A DNA stretch of 63,907 bases, counting the filler, from Octopus bimaculoides (Eukaryota): the NCBI RefSeq assembly GCF_001194135.2. It is 5 parts of 4 records of this genome, joined end to end, with 100 filler letters (N's around TTAATTAATTAA, not from the genome) between each part and the next. Parts side by side here need not be neighbours in the genome. Positions count along the whole stretch, not along the records: positions 27,134 to 55,142 come from NC_068981.1; 4 more parts are not named here. The stretch is one strand, 5' to 3'. Numbering within the stretch: the stretch's first letter is position 1; each line of letters begins with the position of its first letter. This document shows positions 31,959 to 45,430 of this stretch, in pieces. A program made the translations under genes and the position numbers. The notes under the pieces are model-generated. The model was not told where the DNA came from and did no database searches. It was given only the letters and a program-made list of their open reading frames with translations.

Positions 31959-34030
31959 GTAGAGGCCACCAGTGCCAGCAGTTGAGTTTGCGTCCACCTC
32001 ATCCATGGCTAGTCTTATACCTTCTTCACCAATGTCGATGTAATCCACCGTGACTGCCTCGCTGGTTATAGTTGAGGCGGCAAAGAAATCAATCTACTGG
32101 TTCGTTCACTTGCCTGTGTTCCAACGGGGTGGTAAAAACACTTTTGAACTGGTCATTCAGTACCTCATGGATCCTGGTTGAGTTATCTGTGACGAGCCTT
32201 TGGGTTTGATTCGATATTTTTTATAACCCAAGTTTCTTTGTCTGCTCTCTCCCTCACATAGGATTGTTGCAGGCTTTTTTCAGTCTCCATCGGTGTTGTT
32301 TTTAGGTGGGACCTTTCACTGTCTTTGGTTGGTTGAAGCGATTTGCAACCTTCATCCGTCGTCTCATGAGGATCTTCCTCTCCTTTGGAATCTTGTTCGT
32401 TTTTGTGTTGGCTTTGTGTTCTGGCATATGGTTTGCATAACTGACACGAAATATTCTAGTTTCATGCCAATGTCTAGTGTAGAGAGACATTTCGGCCAGT
32501 CCTGTCTGAGGATCTCTTTTTGGATCGATTTACAGTCTGCTTTGTGGAAGTTCAGATTGGAGAGATTTTGAGTGCTTCCTATAGGCTGTATGTCTCTGGC
32601 TACTTTTGATCCATATATAGACAGTTCTATTATACTGTGATCCTAAACTAATGTCTTCGTCACTTTCACATTATGATCGATGTCCATATTGTTTGTGAAG
32701 CAGAGATCCAATATGTTATTCGCCTTAGTTGGTCTGAGCACATCTTGCTCTATGAATAGGGCATTAGTGAGGTTGAGCAGGGACTTGTACTTGTTTGAAA
32801 TGAGTAATCCCTGAGAGCATGAAGCTTTCGGGCCATTTGACATTGGGGAAGTTCAAATCACCCACGTGATGTTCTAGTTTCATGAGGATTTCTTTTATTC
32901 TTGTGAAGCAGTCTTTAAACTTGCCTACGTGGTTTGGAGCATCCGGTGGGCGATATGCATTGCATATGACTATATTGTGTTGTCTTATGTATACAACTAG
33001 AGTGTCACATACTGAATAATTTGAGTATGCCAGTAAGACCTGGGGTGTGAGGTCTTCACGGATGTATACAGCAACTCCACCATGGCTTTTTCCCTTCTGT
33101 CTGTTCGCAGTATGGTATATTTTGGTACGTGCACTTCTGCATCCTCTATATCAGGACTCAGATGAGTTTCCACGAGTGATATGCATAGGGCTTGATTGCA
33201 TGCAGCAAGGTCTCTCAGGAAAAAACTTACTTTTGTTGTTGTGATGCAACAAGCCTCCAATATTTAGTAAAAATATTGGTGTGACGACTGTGCAGGCATT
33301 AGGGGAGGCCAGCTCGTGTCTGTTAGTTGTGGTGGTCTTGCGCAGTGATGGGTAAGGTTCCGTGTTTGCGCTTGATGCAGCCAGGTTAGCTGCTGCACAA
33401 TCTTTTGCGCCATGCACAAAAAAGACTCTTGCTCAGCTACTGCCTTGCGCATAACATCTGAAGAGCGTACTGCATTTGCATACTTTCTCTTTGGAGACCG
33501 CTGATGCTTTCCTCAGGGAAGTATTTCTCCTTAAGGCCCCTACAATTTTGGCGGGGTCTTGGAGTGAATAAACCGGCAGTTTGTGCCGTCTTCCCCATGC
33601 CAACATTTACCTTGCAGGTAAAATTTGCATGTCCTTGTCTTCACTCCAAATTTTTTCTCTCTTCTGGAGTTTCGGATTCCATCGGCGCCTCCATATTTGA
33701 GTTGTTTTTTTGTTTTTTGTTTGGTGGTTTTGGGTTTCGGTTTTAGTTTTAGTTGTTTAATCTTTTCCTTTTCCTTTCCTCTTCCTTCTTTATGTTTGTG
33801 GTCCTGGTCTTTCCTTCCTTCACTTGTGGTAGCCCTTGCATTCCTCTGGTTTTCCATAGGGGTGAGGGCTCCATTCTTTTGTGGGACTACTGACCTGGTT
33901 GTTTACAGGAGTGGGGGAATCCATTCTTTGGTGGGACCACTAGATCAGAGGGACTTCTGGTTCTGGCTTCATCTTCCCTATTCCTATCAGCCTTGGCACT
34001 GTTATTTTCCATGATGACATCAAGAGTCAA
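31955..34030 (-). mobile_element. 5' half of a CR1/L2-like LINE: ORF1 with CCCH finger, APE endonuclease and start of the RT region, degenerate
   Basis: ORF1 from ATG at about 34012 with CKFYLQGKCWHGEDGTNCRFIH. APE motifs LLNIGGL, ISLVETHL, YRPPD, GDLNFP, NILDLCFTN, DH. Then IDIGEEGIRLAMDEVDANSTAGTGG, truncated at a (GA)n tract. Confidence 0.8.
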
Positions 34031-34286
34031 TGTGTGGTCTAATAAGCGCATAAGATCGGATATATATATTTATGAAAAATAGTTAGAATGGTTGAAAATC
34101 ATTAAATTTATATATATGTGAATTGTACAGGTTTTATTTTCAAAATAGGAGGTAAATAATTCTATTACATGTCTATATTTGCGAAAATAGAGATACAGGA
34201 TTGTTTTCACTTAAAAAATGTTTTCATAACAGTTTTCCTTATAACTAGTGCATATTTTCAGAAAGTGAGTTTTTACGCATGCGCAC

Positions 34287-34317
<31 letters not shown>

Positions 34318-35903
34318 NNNNNNNNNNNNNNNNNNNNNNNNNNNNNNNNNNNNNNNNNNNNNNNNNNNNNNNNNNNNNNNNNNNNNNNNNNNNNNNNNNN
34401 NNNNNNNNNNNNNNNNNNNNNNNNNNNNNNNNNNNNNNNNNNNNNNNNNNNNNNNNNNNNNNNNNNNNNNNNNNNNNNNNNNNNNNNNNNNNNNNNNNNN
34501 NNNNNNNNNNNNNNNNNNNNNNNNNNNNNNNNNNNNNNNNNNNNNNNNNNNNNNNNNNNNNNNNNNNNNNNNNNNNNNNNNNNNNNNNNNNNNNNNNNNN
34601 NNNNNNNNNNNTTGTTCCTGTTTTTATCAGACCAAATCCCGTGAAATGATAGTGTAAGCATATTTTAAGTTTATAATTCTAATTACTCCAATCCACATAT
34701 GTATTGTCAACTTAAAAAGTATGATATCCATCTTTAGAAGAGCTTAAATTTGTGGGGATTTTCACAATTTTATAAAAACTGAAAAATGTTGCAAAAAATT
34801 TACTGTAGATGATTTAAACTCTTTAAAAGTACCTGGTAGTTTTTTTTTAATAATTCGGCGAGAGAGAGAGAGAGAGAGAGAGAGAGCTGAATAATGTATA
34901 TTCAAAGAAAGCAAAGCGTATATAATTAAAAGCATTACATCCACGTCAATGGTTTTATTGATGCAATGCCAGAACTGTTCAAGCTTTGCAATTTAGTTTT
35001 GACAACTTTTTCGACTACTGCGTCTCTGGAGCGGTTCTCCCTACTTATTTTTGGCATTAAATAGAAGTAAAATCTACCAGAGAAACAAACTAGAAGCGAA
35101 ACGATTTTCAGGGTTGAATCTGATATCAATTAACAAAGTTTTATCCAAAATCTAATCAAAATAGATGTCTATGATATATTGATCTTGAAAGGTTCAAGAA
35201 TTCAACTTATAAATGAGGTAAATAAATACTTATGCTTTTATACTTGGTCGTGTTACGAAGCTAAATAGATACTCTTAAGGAAGTAATTTAAAAAAAATGA
35301 TTTAGCTGAAAATCTATTGATTGACCAATATCAAACTTTACTGCACGTAACTGATACACGCACACACGTATGTATGTATATGTTTGTAGGTATGCATGCA
35401 TATCTGATGTGTATACATGTGTACTCTTTCACTGTTTGCAGCGATATGGCTGTATCTATGCTGTTATATATATGTATATATAGGTATGTATGTATATATA
35501 TATATATATATATATATNNNNNNNNNNNNNNNNNNNNNNNNNNNNNNNNNNNNNNNNNNNNNNNNNNNNNNNNNNNNNNNNNNNNNNNNNNNNNNNNNNN
35601 NNNNNNNNNNNNNNNNNNNNNNNNNNNNNNNNNNNNNNNNNNNNNNNNNNNNNNNNNNNNNNNNNNNNNNNNNNNNNNNNNNNNNNNNNNNNNNNNNNNN
35701 NNNNNNNNNNNNNNNNNNNNNNNNNNNNNNNNNNNNNNNNNNNNNNNNNNNNNNNNNNNNNNNNNNNNNNNNNNNNNNNNNNNNNNNNNNNNNNNNNNNN
35801 NNNNNNNNNNNNNNNNNNNNNNNNNNNNNNNNNNNNNNNNNNNNNNNNNNNNNNNNNNNNNNNNNNNNNNNNNNNNNNNTATATATATATATATATATGT
35901 ATG

Positions 35904-36460
35904 TCATTGATCAGTTTATTTCAAGATTTTTTGCCAATAGAGAAAGAACCGGTTTCTAACCTAGATCCAAGGCTCCTTCATTGGAATTTCAACTCCAACA
36001 ACATGATATTTTTGTTTGTATGTATGTATATATGTATAAATGCATGCATGCAAGCATGTATGTATGTATATATGTATGTGTGTATGTATGTATGCATGTA
36101 TGTATGTATGTGCAGATTTGTATGTTTTATGTATGTATTTTCATCCATATAGTTGCATATCTAGACATGTTCATATATATATTTAAATGAGAAACTTCTG
36201 GAAAATTTTGCTGATTTTTACAGTTCCAGTGATGGACTGGATATGTAGTCTTCGAATTAGCTTTCTCTTTTCTGGTCCTGAGAAGCCCAATTTCTCAAGA
36301 TTGGTATTTAGGCAGTGTGTTACATATCCCAAGTCCCCAATAATTACAGGTATTAACCTGAACTTGTAATCTGGATAGAGTAACTGCAGATTTCTCAATA
36401 GTTCAGCATAGGTGTTCTCTTTTTCACTGATCTTCAACTGTATCTTAACATCCGTTGGGC
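35904..36460 (-). mobile_element. Second, more truncated copy of the R4/Dong-type LINE (3' end)
   Basis: Reverse complement of about 20095-20612. Open frame PTDVKIQLKISEKENTYAELLRNLQLLYPDYKFRLIPVIIGDLG...FQKFLI*; CATA-type repeats at both ends. Confidence 0.9.
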
Positions 36461-36844
36461 GTGTATGTATGTATGTATGTATGTATGTATGTATGTATGT
36501 ATGTATGTATGTATGTGTGTGTGTGTATGTATGTATGTATGTATGTATGTACGCGACGGTTGCATAATGGGATTCCATTCAACTGTGCACAGAGTATAGG
36601 GATTGATTGACACCTCTCAACTTCAACTCGCTGTTTCACTGAATACACAATAATAGTAGAACAGGACATAAGTAAAAGCTTCCTGTCTTAAGTGTTCAGA
36701 ATAGTTGTCAGTTCGTAGACGTTGGACAGTGAAATCCTAGTATGTACATTCAACGTCATCATGCTTTTATTACTGCGCTGTTCTACTTAAAACTTTACTA
36801 ATCCAGTGCTTGACTATATATTAGTAAAGTTTTAAGTCAAACAG

Positions 36845-37318
36845 CTCAGTAATAAAAGCATGGTGACATTGAATTTGCATACTGGGATTTCACTGGCCAG
36901 AATGTGAACCGGAAGACTTCTACACCAACTTCCGTGAAATTCCAATGCAGCGCACCAAAGAAGACATAAGCAAAACAAACTGAAGAAGACCTGAAGTTGC
37001 AGCGCATCCACCTTAAGCATGCTGAGGCTAGCGTCATGGATCGGAAAGCGTGGAACAACATCATCATTAGAGTCCATCATCCAGCAGCACCAACAGCAGC
37101 GTATTGGTTGAGAGGACAGCTTTACCCACTCCAGTCGCCAGTCTGGGATTGAAGAAGAAGAAAAAGTAGTAGTAGTAGTAGAAGAAGAAGAAGAAGAAGA
37201 AGAAGAAGGAGAAGGCGAAGAAGAAGAAAAGAAGAAGAAGAAGAAAGAGAAGAAGAAGAAGGAAAAGAAGAAGAAGAAGAAAGAGAAGAAGAAGAAGGAA
37301 AAGAAGAAGAAGAAGAAT
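36845..37318 (+). mobile_element. RTE-like LINE 3' fragment followed by a (GAA)n-rich tract
   Basis: APKKT*AKQTEEDLK...VMDRKAWNNII resembles the RTE C-terminus GRPKKTW...EDL...A.DR..W. GAA/GTA repeats at 37150-37318. Confidence 0.55.
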
Positions 37319-38308
37319 ATATCGTCCAATAAAATATATTTTTGAAATAACACCGCCAAAATATAATAATCATCTCAATTTCATATGGATTTCATAATTA
37401 ATAAATCCAGGTAAAGCTGATTAAACCCATAAATATAATATTTTGAGGCTTTATTTAAAGGTAATAAGGAAAGTTTTGGCCGAATTAAACTTATTTATCT
37501 CATACAGTCTTTGATAATATTTCCTGTGAGAGTGGTATCTGGTCCAGTCGACAGAGTCGGACTATCAATCAGTCGACAGTTTGCATATTATCATCTTTTC
37601 TGAAATCTGTTCGTCTTGTAAATAGGAAGTACGCAATCACTTACAAGCAGAATCAGTTAAGGTCTATCTAGAGGCATAGTGATGATGAATCAGAAGACAA
37701 AAGTACCCTATCATATCGACTGACATTGCCATTGGGCCGTAAACAAGGTTCTGTTTAGCATATTTCAGCCTGTTTAATATGCAAGCCAATAATTTCGTAA
37801 TATAAAAATTCCATAAGCTGGTAATTTTGTAATGAATGCTAGATTGCACATAGGTGGGAGAATTGTGTATTTTATATATTTTCCTTTCATGAGCTGCACA
37901 GTGATTATAATCTTCCTATAGGAAGTTGAAATAGGGCTGGGTATTTTATTTGCCGAAATGTTAATATGAGGCAGGCTACTGCGTGTGAATATCAAATTAT
38001 TTTTTACCTTTAGTCATACAAGTTACTTGAAAAATAAAGCAAAAACAAAACAAAACAAAACAGAATCAAATTTGAAGAGATATCTTCGTTTTCTTCATAC
38101 AAGTTTCCGCAATTTAACATCTAACTTATCAACTATCTGTTATAAGCAGAATCAGCGAGTTAAAATGCATTTTATAAGAAGAAATCATCATCTGACCTAC
38201 TTTATGATTTCGTGGAAGGTATTTGATGAATATCTTTCTTTACAGTTATTAAGGTTGTTATCATCATTGATATTGTTGTTTCAAGTAGCTTGATTAATTC
38301 AATTTAGC

Positions 38309-38628
38309 TGGCACTCCGTCGGTTACTACGACGAGTGTTCCAGTTGATCCGTTCAACGGAACAACCTGCTCCCGAAATTAACGCGCAAGTGGCTGAGCAC
38401 TCCACAGACACGCAAACCTCTAACGTAGTTCTCAGAGAGATTCAGCATGACACAAAATATAACAATGTTGGCCTTTGAAATACAGGTGCTACTCATTTTT
38501 TGCCAGCTGAGTGAACTGAAGCAACGAGAAATAAAGCGTCCTGCTCAAGAAACACAACACGCTGCCGGGAATCGGATTCAGGACCTTACGATCTTGAGCT
38601 GAATACCTTAATCACAAAGCTACACGCC
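38309..38628 (-). mobile_element. SINE family C
   Basis: Homologous to 5649-6025 and 15142-15458. Confidence 0.8.
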
Positions 38629-41600
38629 TTCATGACTTTTGATTGGACATCTTGTTTTACTGTAGACATACTTTCCATAAGATTTAGGAGAAAGAAAGTT
38701 TAAAGTTTAGAATTTAAACACACAATCTCCATTTAAATGTTATACAGTGATTTTATTGACTGAATAGTGACTGCAAGATGGTCCTTCGAGCGGCTATGTA
38801 GGAACCACCTAGCTGACTGGAGATTTTCAATTTCCAATTAATTTTCATCTGTGTTTTGTACTCTAGTCTGGAATGAATGATTCCCTCAAAATTATTCATT
38901 TATTTACAAATGAAAGAGCACATTCAACCTGGCACTTCTCCAGTAATATTTTATGGCTGTGTATTTTTACACAGAAATATATTTTAATACAGCTCACGGC
39001 CTAGTGCTTAAGTGTTGGCCTCATGATCGCTAGGTCATGGGTTTATTTACCGGCCCAGACATCCCATTGTTTTCTTTCATGCAGTGGAAAATGAGTTAGC
39101 ATTCCGATGGATGAACGTTCAGTTCAGAAAGGGGCCTTTTACTCACAGTCACCTAAACACTCTAGAAATTAGGATAAACTCCGACCACTTTAAGCCAGTA
39201 AGCTTAAAGCATACTTTCACACTCAATTCATCAATCTTGTCTCATCCTTAGTCATGCTAGATCTCACAAGATAAAGACACAAAATATATCGTGCGAGGAG
39301 ATTGCCGATCAGTATTTAATTCGGTAACTAATTGTTCTGAATTTTACTTTGCCTTTCATCATTTCCACAACTTATAGTTTACTAAGAACGAACTTATTTT
39401 TCTGGACCATGAAAAAAGATCTTGTTCCTACTTGAAACAATGTATAAAGCAGTTAATTCTATTCAATGGTGGAAGCAAAATATTGAAAATGTTATCAAAA
39501 TGGTAAGAAATTATTTAAAATTTATTTCTATAGAATCTTCTGAATAATATGAAATAAAAATGATAAAGATTGATTGAAATAGAACCAGTGAGCTAAGACT
39601 AGGATTAAACTTTAGAGAACCAGACGTTGTAGAAGGCAATTTGCCAAGTAGAAACAGGATAAACAATTAGTGAAATATATATGATAAGTCAACTTGAACA
39701 TATAAACAATCAATAAGCCAAGAATTATAATGCACTATCTCTCAACCTGCATTAAAGATAACAATTAGTGAGCTGACTATTGATTTGTAATTTTGGCAAA
39801 AACTCTAAATTTGAAACGGTGTTGGGAATAGGGTGAATGAATCAACACGATTGCTTGACTAATATTCATTTCTGTCGTCTACTGCTGAACAAAAAAGCAT
39901 TGACAAACGAACGAAAAACCTGCTAAAAATCTCTGCCTCCACCCTGTTGATTTAGAAGAGGAAACGAACATTGGTTAATGTGGTTTTAAATATACTATGT
40001 CTGAAAAAATAAAAGGAGGATAGCTGTGACTGAAAAACTTCTGAAGTTAAGTCTGCCAGATTAGAACTGAAAAGGGTCAAACAACAACAAAAATATTACT
40101 TTTCTACAACGTTTGAACCAAGGACATAAAGCGATAGAACTAAAGACTGTACATTATAGAATCCAGTGGTTTCTATCAGTTTCACTTCTTTTCTTCATGG
40201 TACTTGTTTATAGCCAAGGTAAACTGAGGCAGTTGAAAAATTAAATGCTTTGGTCGTGGGGACATGGCAGCTGCTGTGACATAACATGAAATGAGAAAAC
40301 TTCAGTCTTTCAACCTTATTAACTCAGCTCGCTGTGGATCAGTTAGTAGCTGTCGTATATCCATACGAGAGCAATCTGTCGCATGCATATGGCGCGTAAG
40401 AGTAATATGTGATCAAGCAAAAGCAGATATGAACTTATTCTTTTCACGTATTTCATAGAAGGTGCTGTCAATTTTGAAATTTGTGGTCTATGCGGAAGTA
40501 TTTAAAAAAAAAAATTTGGTCAGTTTTTATGTTATTCAGAAAAAAAAAATACCTATTTGATCAACTGTCTTGTATTTTGAAAACTACCCCTATACAAAAT
40601 GAAATATCCTTGGGTTCTGCACTCAGTGGATCTGCATGTCATTTATACGTTCTTCGTACTCATTGTCATATATCTAGCTTAGAATATCTCCATTCAAAAG
40701 TCACGACTGTTTGAAGTATCCGCCATTTTTTGTTTATAAATTCCTTGTATTGAAATAGAAAGTTACTATTGACGAATATGGTAAAACATATAACTGGCTT
40801 ATTGAAGAATATAACCTATTTGAGAATTTTACAAATTATTGTACCTAATTTATATAGTTGCTTTTTGGATATATAAACAGCTAATTTACATATCTACTTC
40901 AATAGTGAATTAGTTTTGTTGTAAACGATACTGCTTCGCATAACCAGCACAACTAAGTTTGATCTGTGTACTTCCTCCAGAAACTTGAGATATTTTATAA
41001 GCACATACTAAGTAGCTGGACTTAATGATATCTACATCTGCGAATCTAAATTTTGTTGAAAACTGTATTGTAAAAAGTGTGTTAATGCAATACATTACAC
41101 ATATGATTTGTTTATGAACTGAAAAACGTGTGAGAAGTGTCACATCTAATGTGTTTTCTTTTTCTTATTTGGTTAAATTATGGACAAGATTTTAAAATCA
41201 TGCAAGGGTTTAAAACGAAACAAAGCGATTCCTTTAGACAAAATTATATTCAATAACGTGATGTAAATACTTTTACATCGCAGTAGCTTCAGAACACCCT
41301 GTTCAATATATATTTTTTTTTTTTTAACTAAGTGACAGCTTTTGTCAAGAGCTTTAATATGCAATAAGCCTTACGTGTATTTTATGCATTTATCATATTA
41401 AGCATACGTTTTTGGTGTGCTATACTTATTAGTGTACTAAATATAAATAAGCTACGAAGCAAAATTATGATAAATATTTATTGAACAATGTATTTGACAG
41501 CATAGGAAATGATTTGGAATTGTAATAGCAGGGAAATGGCATTTTGTAAACTTTATATATCTCAAAATGATCTAGATCAACGACATAAACCAAATAAATT

Positions 41601-42540
41601 CGGTCGGAATTCGAAATCGGATCACGGATTTAGTTTGTTGAGAATTCATTGCTTCAAGCGTCAACATATAAGAATTATAACCAAATATAATTTAGAACCA
41701 TCAGCTTACTTTTTGAGGCACCTGTACTAGTATTTATTGGTACTTATTTATTGGTACTTATTTGTGGCTGAATGATGGGAAGAATGAGATGCTGTGGTAC
41801 TCATGCATTTTTTTCAAAGGCATTGAGTGTACCGAGTAAAACTACTTTAAATAATATTAAAACCACTATGGTGTTAGTTCTATAGAAGTTTATGACCTTC
41901 TCTATCATGCTTCATAACACATCAAATTCAATCAAGGATTGAAACTGCGGCGCGGGCTCGCCCCTAGGAGAGCCTACCTCTTGATTTGTGGCGTCCGTCA
42001 GTCAATAAATCAAAATATGATAACCAAGTAAACAAAATATTATAATATAAGAATAAATAAATCTAAATTTTGATGGCAAGTGAACAAGAAAAGCATTTTA
42101 AACAATATCGACTTCTTGCATGGTCTGAAGACAATCGGGAATACTAGAATAGTGTATAAAAGCATGTAGTGAAAATCCATCTGAAACTTGACGAGAGAAT
42201 TCTATTGATAACGTAAAGGTTACATGCCTCGAGGTTTCAAGAATATATAAAGAAATTATTGAATTATTGAAAATCCCCGCTCTTGAGTTTGGAAGTTGAG
42301 AAGAATCCAAAGTTCTTTTAGCTTTTATCATACTTCTTCGGAGTAGAGTTGTCTGGAGTCTGACAAGCTCTGTAGAGTTAGAGAAACAATTCTGGCGGAT
42401 CGAGTTTCAATTTCTACTTGAAGCTATTCTGCGCAAGTTACTTCGCAAAAGCATAGCAGTAAGAATTCCTATTTTCCTTTTCTATAAATTCATTATGTAA
42501 ACCATCATCATCGAAGACTAGGTATTTCTTATTATATATA

Positions 42541-42950
42541 CTCTTACTCTTTACTCTTTTACTTGTTTCAGTCATTTGACTGTGGCCATGCTGGAGCACC
42601 GCCTTTAGTCGAGCAAATCGACCCCAAGACTTATTCTTTGTAAGCCTAGTACTTATTCTTTCTGTCTCTTTTGCCGAACCGCTAAGTTACGGGGACGTAA
42701 ACACACCAGCATCAGTTGTCAAGTGATGTTGGGGGGACAAACACAGACACACACACACACATATATATAGATATATATACATATATACGACGGGCTTCTT
42801 TCAGTTTCCGCCTACCAAATCCACTCACAAGGCTTTGGTCGGCCCGAGGCTATAGTAGAAGACACTTGCCCTAGGTGCCACGCAGTGGGACTGAACCCGG
42901 AACCATGTGGTTGGTAAGCAAGCTACTTACCACACAGCCACTCCTACGCC
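42541..42950 (-). mobile_element. SINE family A, full length, least diverged copy
   Basis: tRNA head, internal (TA)/(CA) tract, body, tail GGCGGTGCTCCAGCATGGCCACAGTCAAATGACTGAAAC and AAAGAGT repeats. Confidence 0.9.
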
Positions 42951-44330
42951 TATAGAAAACTACATGCCAAAGAAAACTATATGCCAAACTGAAAAAGTAT
43001 TTTCCTGCAGTCTTTTAAATGCAGTTAGTTCTCGTTGGATTCATACAAAATTTGCTTTTTCTCTGAATATGTAGATTTTGTGAAAAAATCCTCAAGCGTC
43101 TGAACTAAACTACAACTGAAAACAATGCTAGGGTTATGACCCATTTATATGAAATGAATTTGAACTAATCTACACTACATGAAAGGGGAAAATAAAGTCA
43201 CTGGTGATAAAAAACAAAATAAAAAGAAAAAATTGCATTGAATGAACGCTGTACCAACTGTAAAAGAAATCCCCGCAAGTTCTAAATCCTGTCACTGATT
43301 TTCTTGACCTGTCTGCATTTTCTAATGGGCTTTGCAGTCAATAGCTAAAAGTAAATTTTTATTTAGTCAAAAACAAGAAGGATAATACCAATAAACTTTT
43401 TGCAGAGCCTCTCTATACTGAGGAGAGTGGGTGGGGATAAACGGTTGTTGTTAAACAGTTTCAAATCAGTCACGATTGGTCAGTACTATGGATGCAGGCA
43501 GTCGGTCGAAAGACGAGGAATGCTCCATAAATGCACATTCCCAGTTATATGATATCTTTTTAGAAATATAATTCTCATAGCGACATGCTACGGTGATTCG
43601 GACTGGGTGCAATGTTGAAGTTTGTACATAATGCATTCTCTTGGTCATCCTATTTATTTTTACTCGATTTAAGATTCTGGTGATAGCCATAACTGAAGCA
43701 GGCAAGGTGAAATTCTTATCCTGATAGCGGCTGATCCTCGGCACTTATTGTCGGTGGTGGAAATCCAAGCGCACTTCAGTGATGTTGCAGTTATTTCTGT
43801 GTATTTGCATTGCCTTAGTGTCATATTTATATAGTTTATTTGTCTGTGTGTGTGTGTGTGTGGTAAGTTTATGTAAGTTTTCTGTGTCATTTGTTTTGCA
43901 CTGTGAAGGAAGATAATAGTATTTTTTGCTTTAATGCTGATGTTATCAATATTGTTATTCTTGTGAAGTGTACTTTTCTTGACTTTTGTAAATATTATTG
44001 TTTCGTGGACTTTTTATGTGTATTTTTCAGTGTGTATTTTAAAGATTATAAACAAAAAACAAACTTACCTTTATTGTGGGTTTAGTGCTATCGACCTCCG
44101 ATTATGCATGTATTCTCCGATGACGAAGACATGCTGAGGGAATTTTTTTATGCGAGTTGAGTGGTTATCATTTAACTGGTACACTTCCGAGATCATTCGT
44201 TTTCCTTAGAAAACAGAATTCATATGTTGTTGTATCTCGGGAGGGTGATTTTGTCAATAAAAATACAATTGCCATCTCAAGGTACAACACTTGTTTCAGT
44301 ATACAATTTCACATCAAGAATCTTGTAAGA

Positions 44331-44367
<37 letters not shown>

Positions 44368-45430
44368 AACATAAAAACAAAACAAAACTAAAAAAAAAAA
44401 CGAGAATTCGTTATGCTTATTTTAGTTAATATTTAACATAACACCTTAAATCATAAAGTACTCATAAGCGGCTGAGTTGATATCATACTTTATCAGACTA
44501 CGAAGTGACTCATTGTGTTTATGTCTAAATAAAACCATTTCTTGCTAGCTAAGTCCACTCAACGTGTTAATAAATACATCCGTGGTATAACTTATCAGGG
44601 ATGGAAACTATATTCTTTACTGCACAGTAGAGAGTTCAGCATAATATGCCGAGTTAATGAGGGAAGATTTCACAGCGTAGCTTTTTCTAAATTTAGTCTC
44701 TATCACGCCAAGAAAAGAAAAAAAAATGACAGAAAAATGGTAGTCAGAGTGATTTCTACATCTAGAAACGTCATCCAAATCTTCCTCAGATTATACCCTA
44801 CAATCTTAACGTATCTAAGTCATGGATGTTAGCCTTAGATATACTGCATAAAATAAACATGGGATGATCATTGCTGAAATATCTAGATTTGCTCATTCAG
44901 AGAATATCAAGGGCTAAACAACATTTCTTTACGTTTTGAAAGATACAAATTTAACAGTTTTTAAATCAAAGCAACAGGTTGAACAGTTACTGAATGAAAT
45001 CAGTAATATATTTCAAATAAATATATAGTAGCTTCGTTAGTTTATAACGTTACAAATCTGTAGGGTAACACCGCTATAACACTAGGAGTTGGTGTCTTTG
45101 CTAAGTAAATTTCTGAAAATTAATAAAAATTAGATGATTTATCATATTGAGTTTTATATAATTCTGAGAAATTTTTTCGCACAGCATTTAGTACGTCATT
45201 CTTAACTTATTCAAATTCATGTAATTAACCTATTAACTTATATCCCTTAGCGCCTTTTATACTGGCTAAAAATTACTCGAAACTATTTTTTTATGTGTCA
45301 ACTGATCAAGCTTAAATAGACTATACTATGTTGAAGAGGTTTTAATAGAGCAGAACACGTCCATAGATGTCTATTACTACAAATAGTTATCGCACATTTT
45401 CTTGATGTAAAGTAAAATATTAATTGTTTA

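Noticed and set aside
36832-37359. 175-aa Phe/Ser-rich ORF on the minus strand
   Set aside because: It is an antisense read-through of the (GAA)n tract and the RTE fragment.
39378-39502. Possible + strand exon FTKNELIFLDHEKRSC...KMLSK with a GTAAGA donor
   Set aside because: The acceptor derives from a SINE fragment, there is no recognisable homology, and no partner exon was found.
40690-40740. AAAATGGCGG (YY1-like or start context) on the minus strand
   Set aside because: The frame stops after 10 codons and no strong donor follows. The motif is also common in repeats.
42100-42400. Possible transposase remnant (KELWILL...ERGFS on the minus strand)
   Set aside because: One short motif only, not enough to call.
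43480-44160. Promoter or 5' UTR exon (CCAAT-like ATTGG near 43475, minus-strand donor near 44069)
   Set aside because: Isolated short motifs are expected by chance, and no downstream coding exon could be linked.
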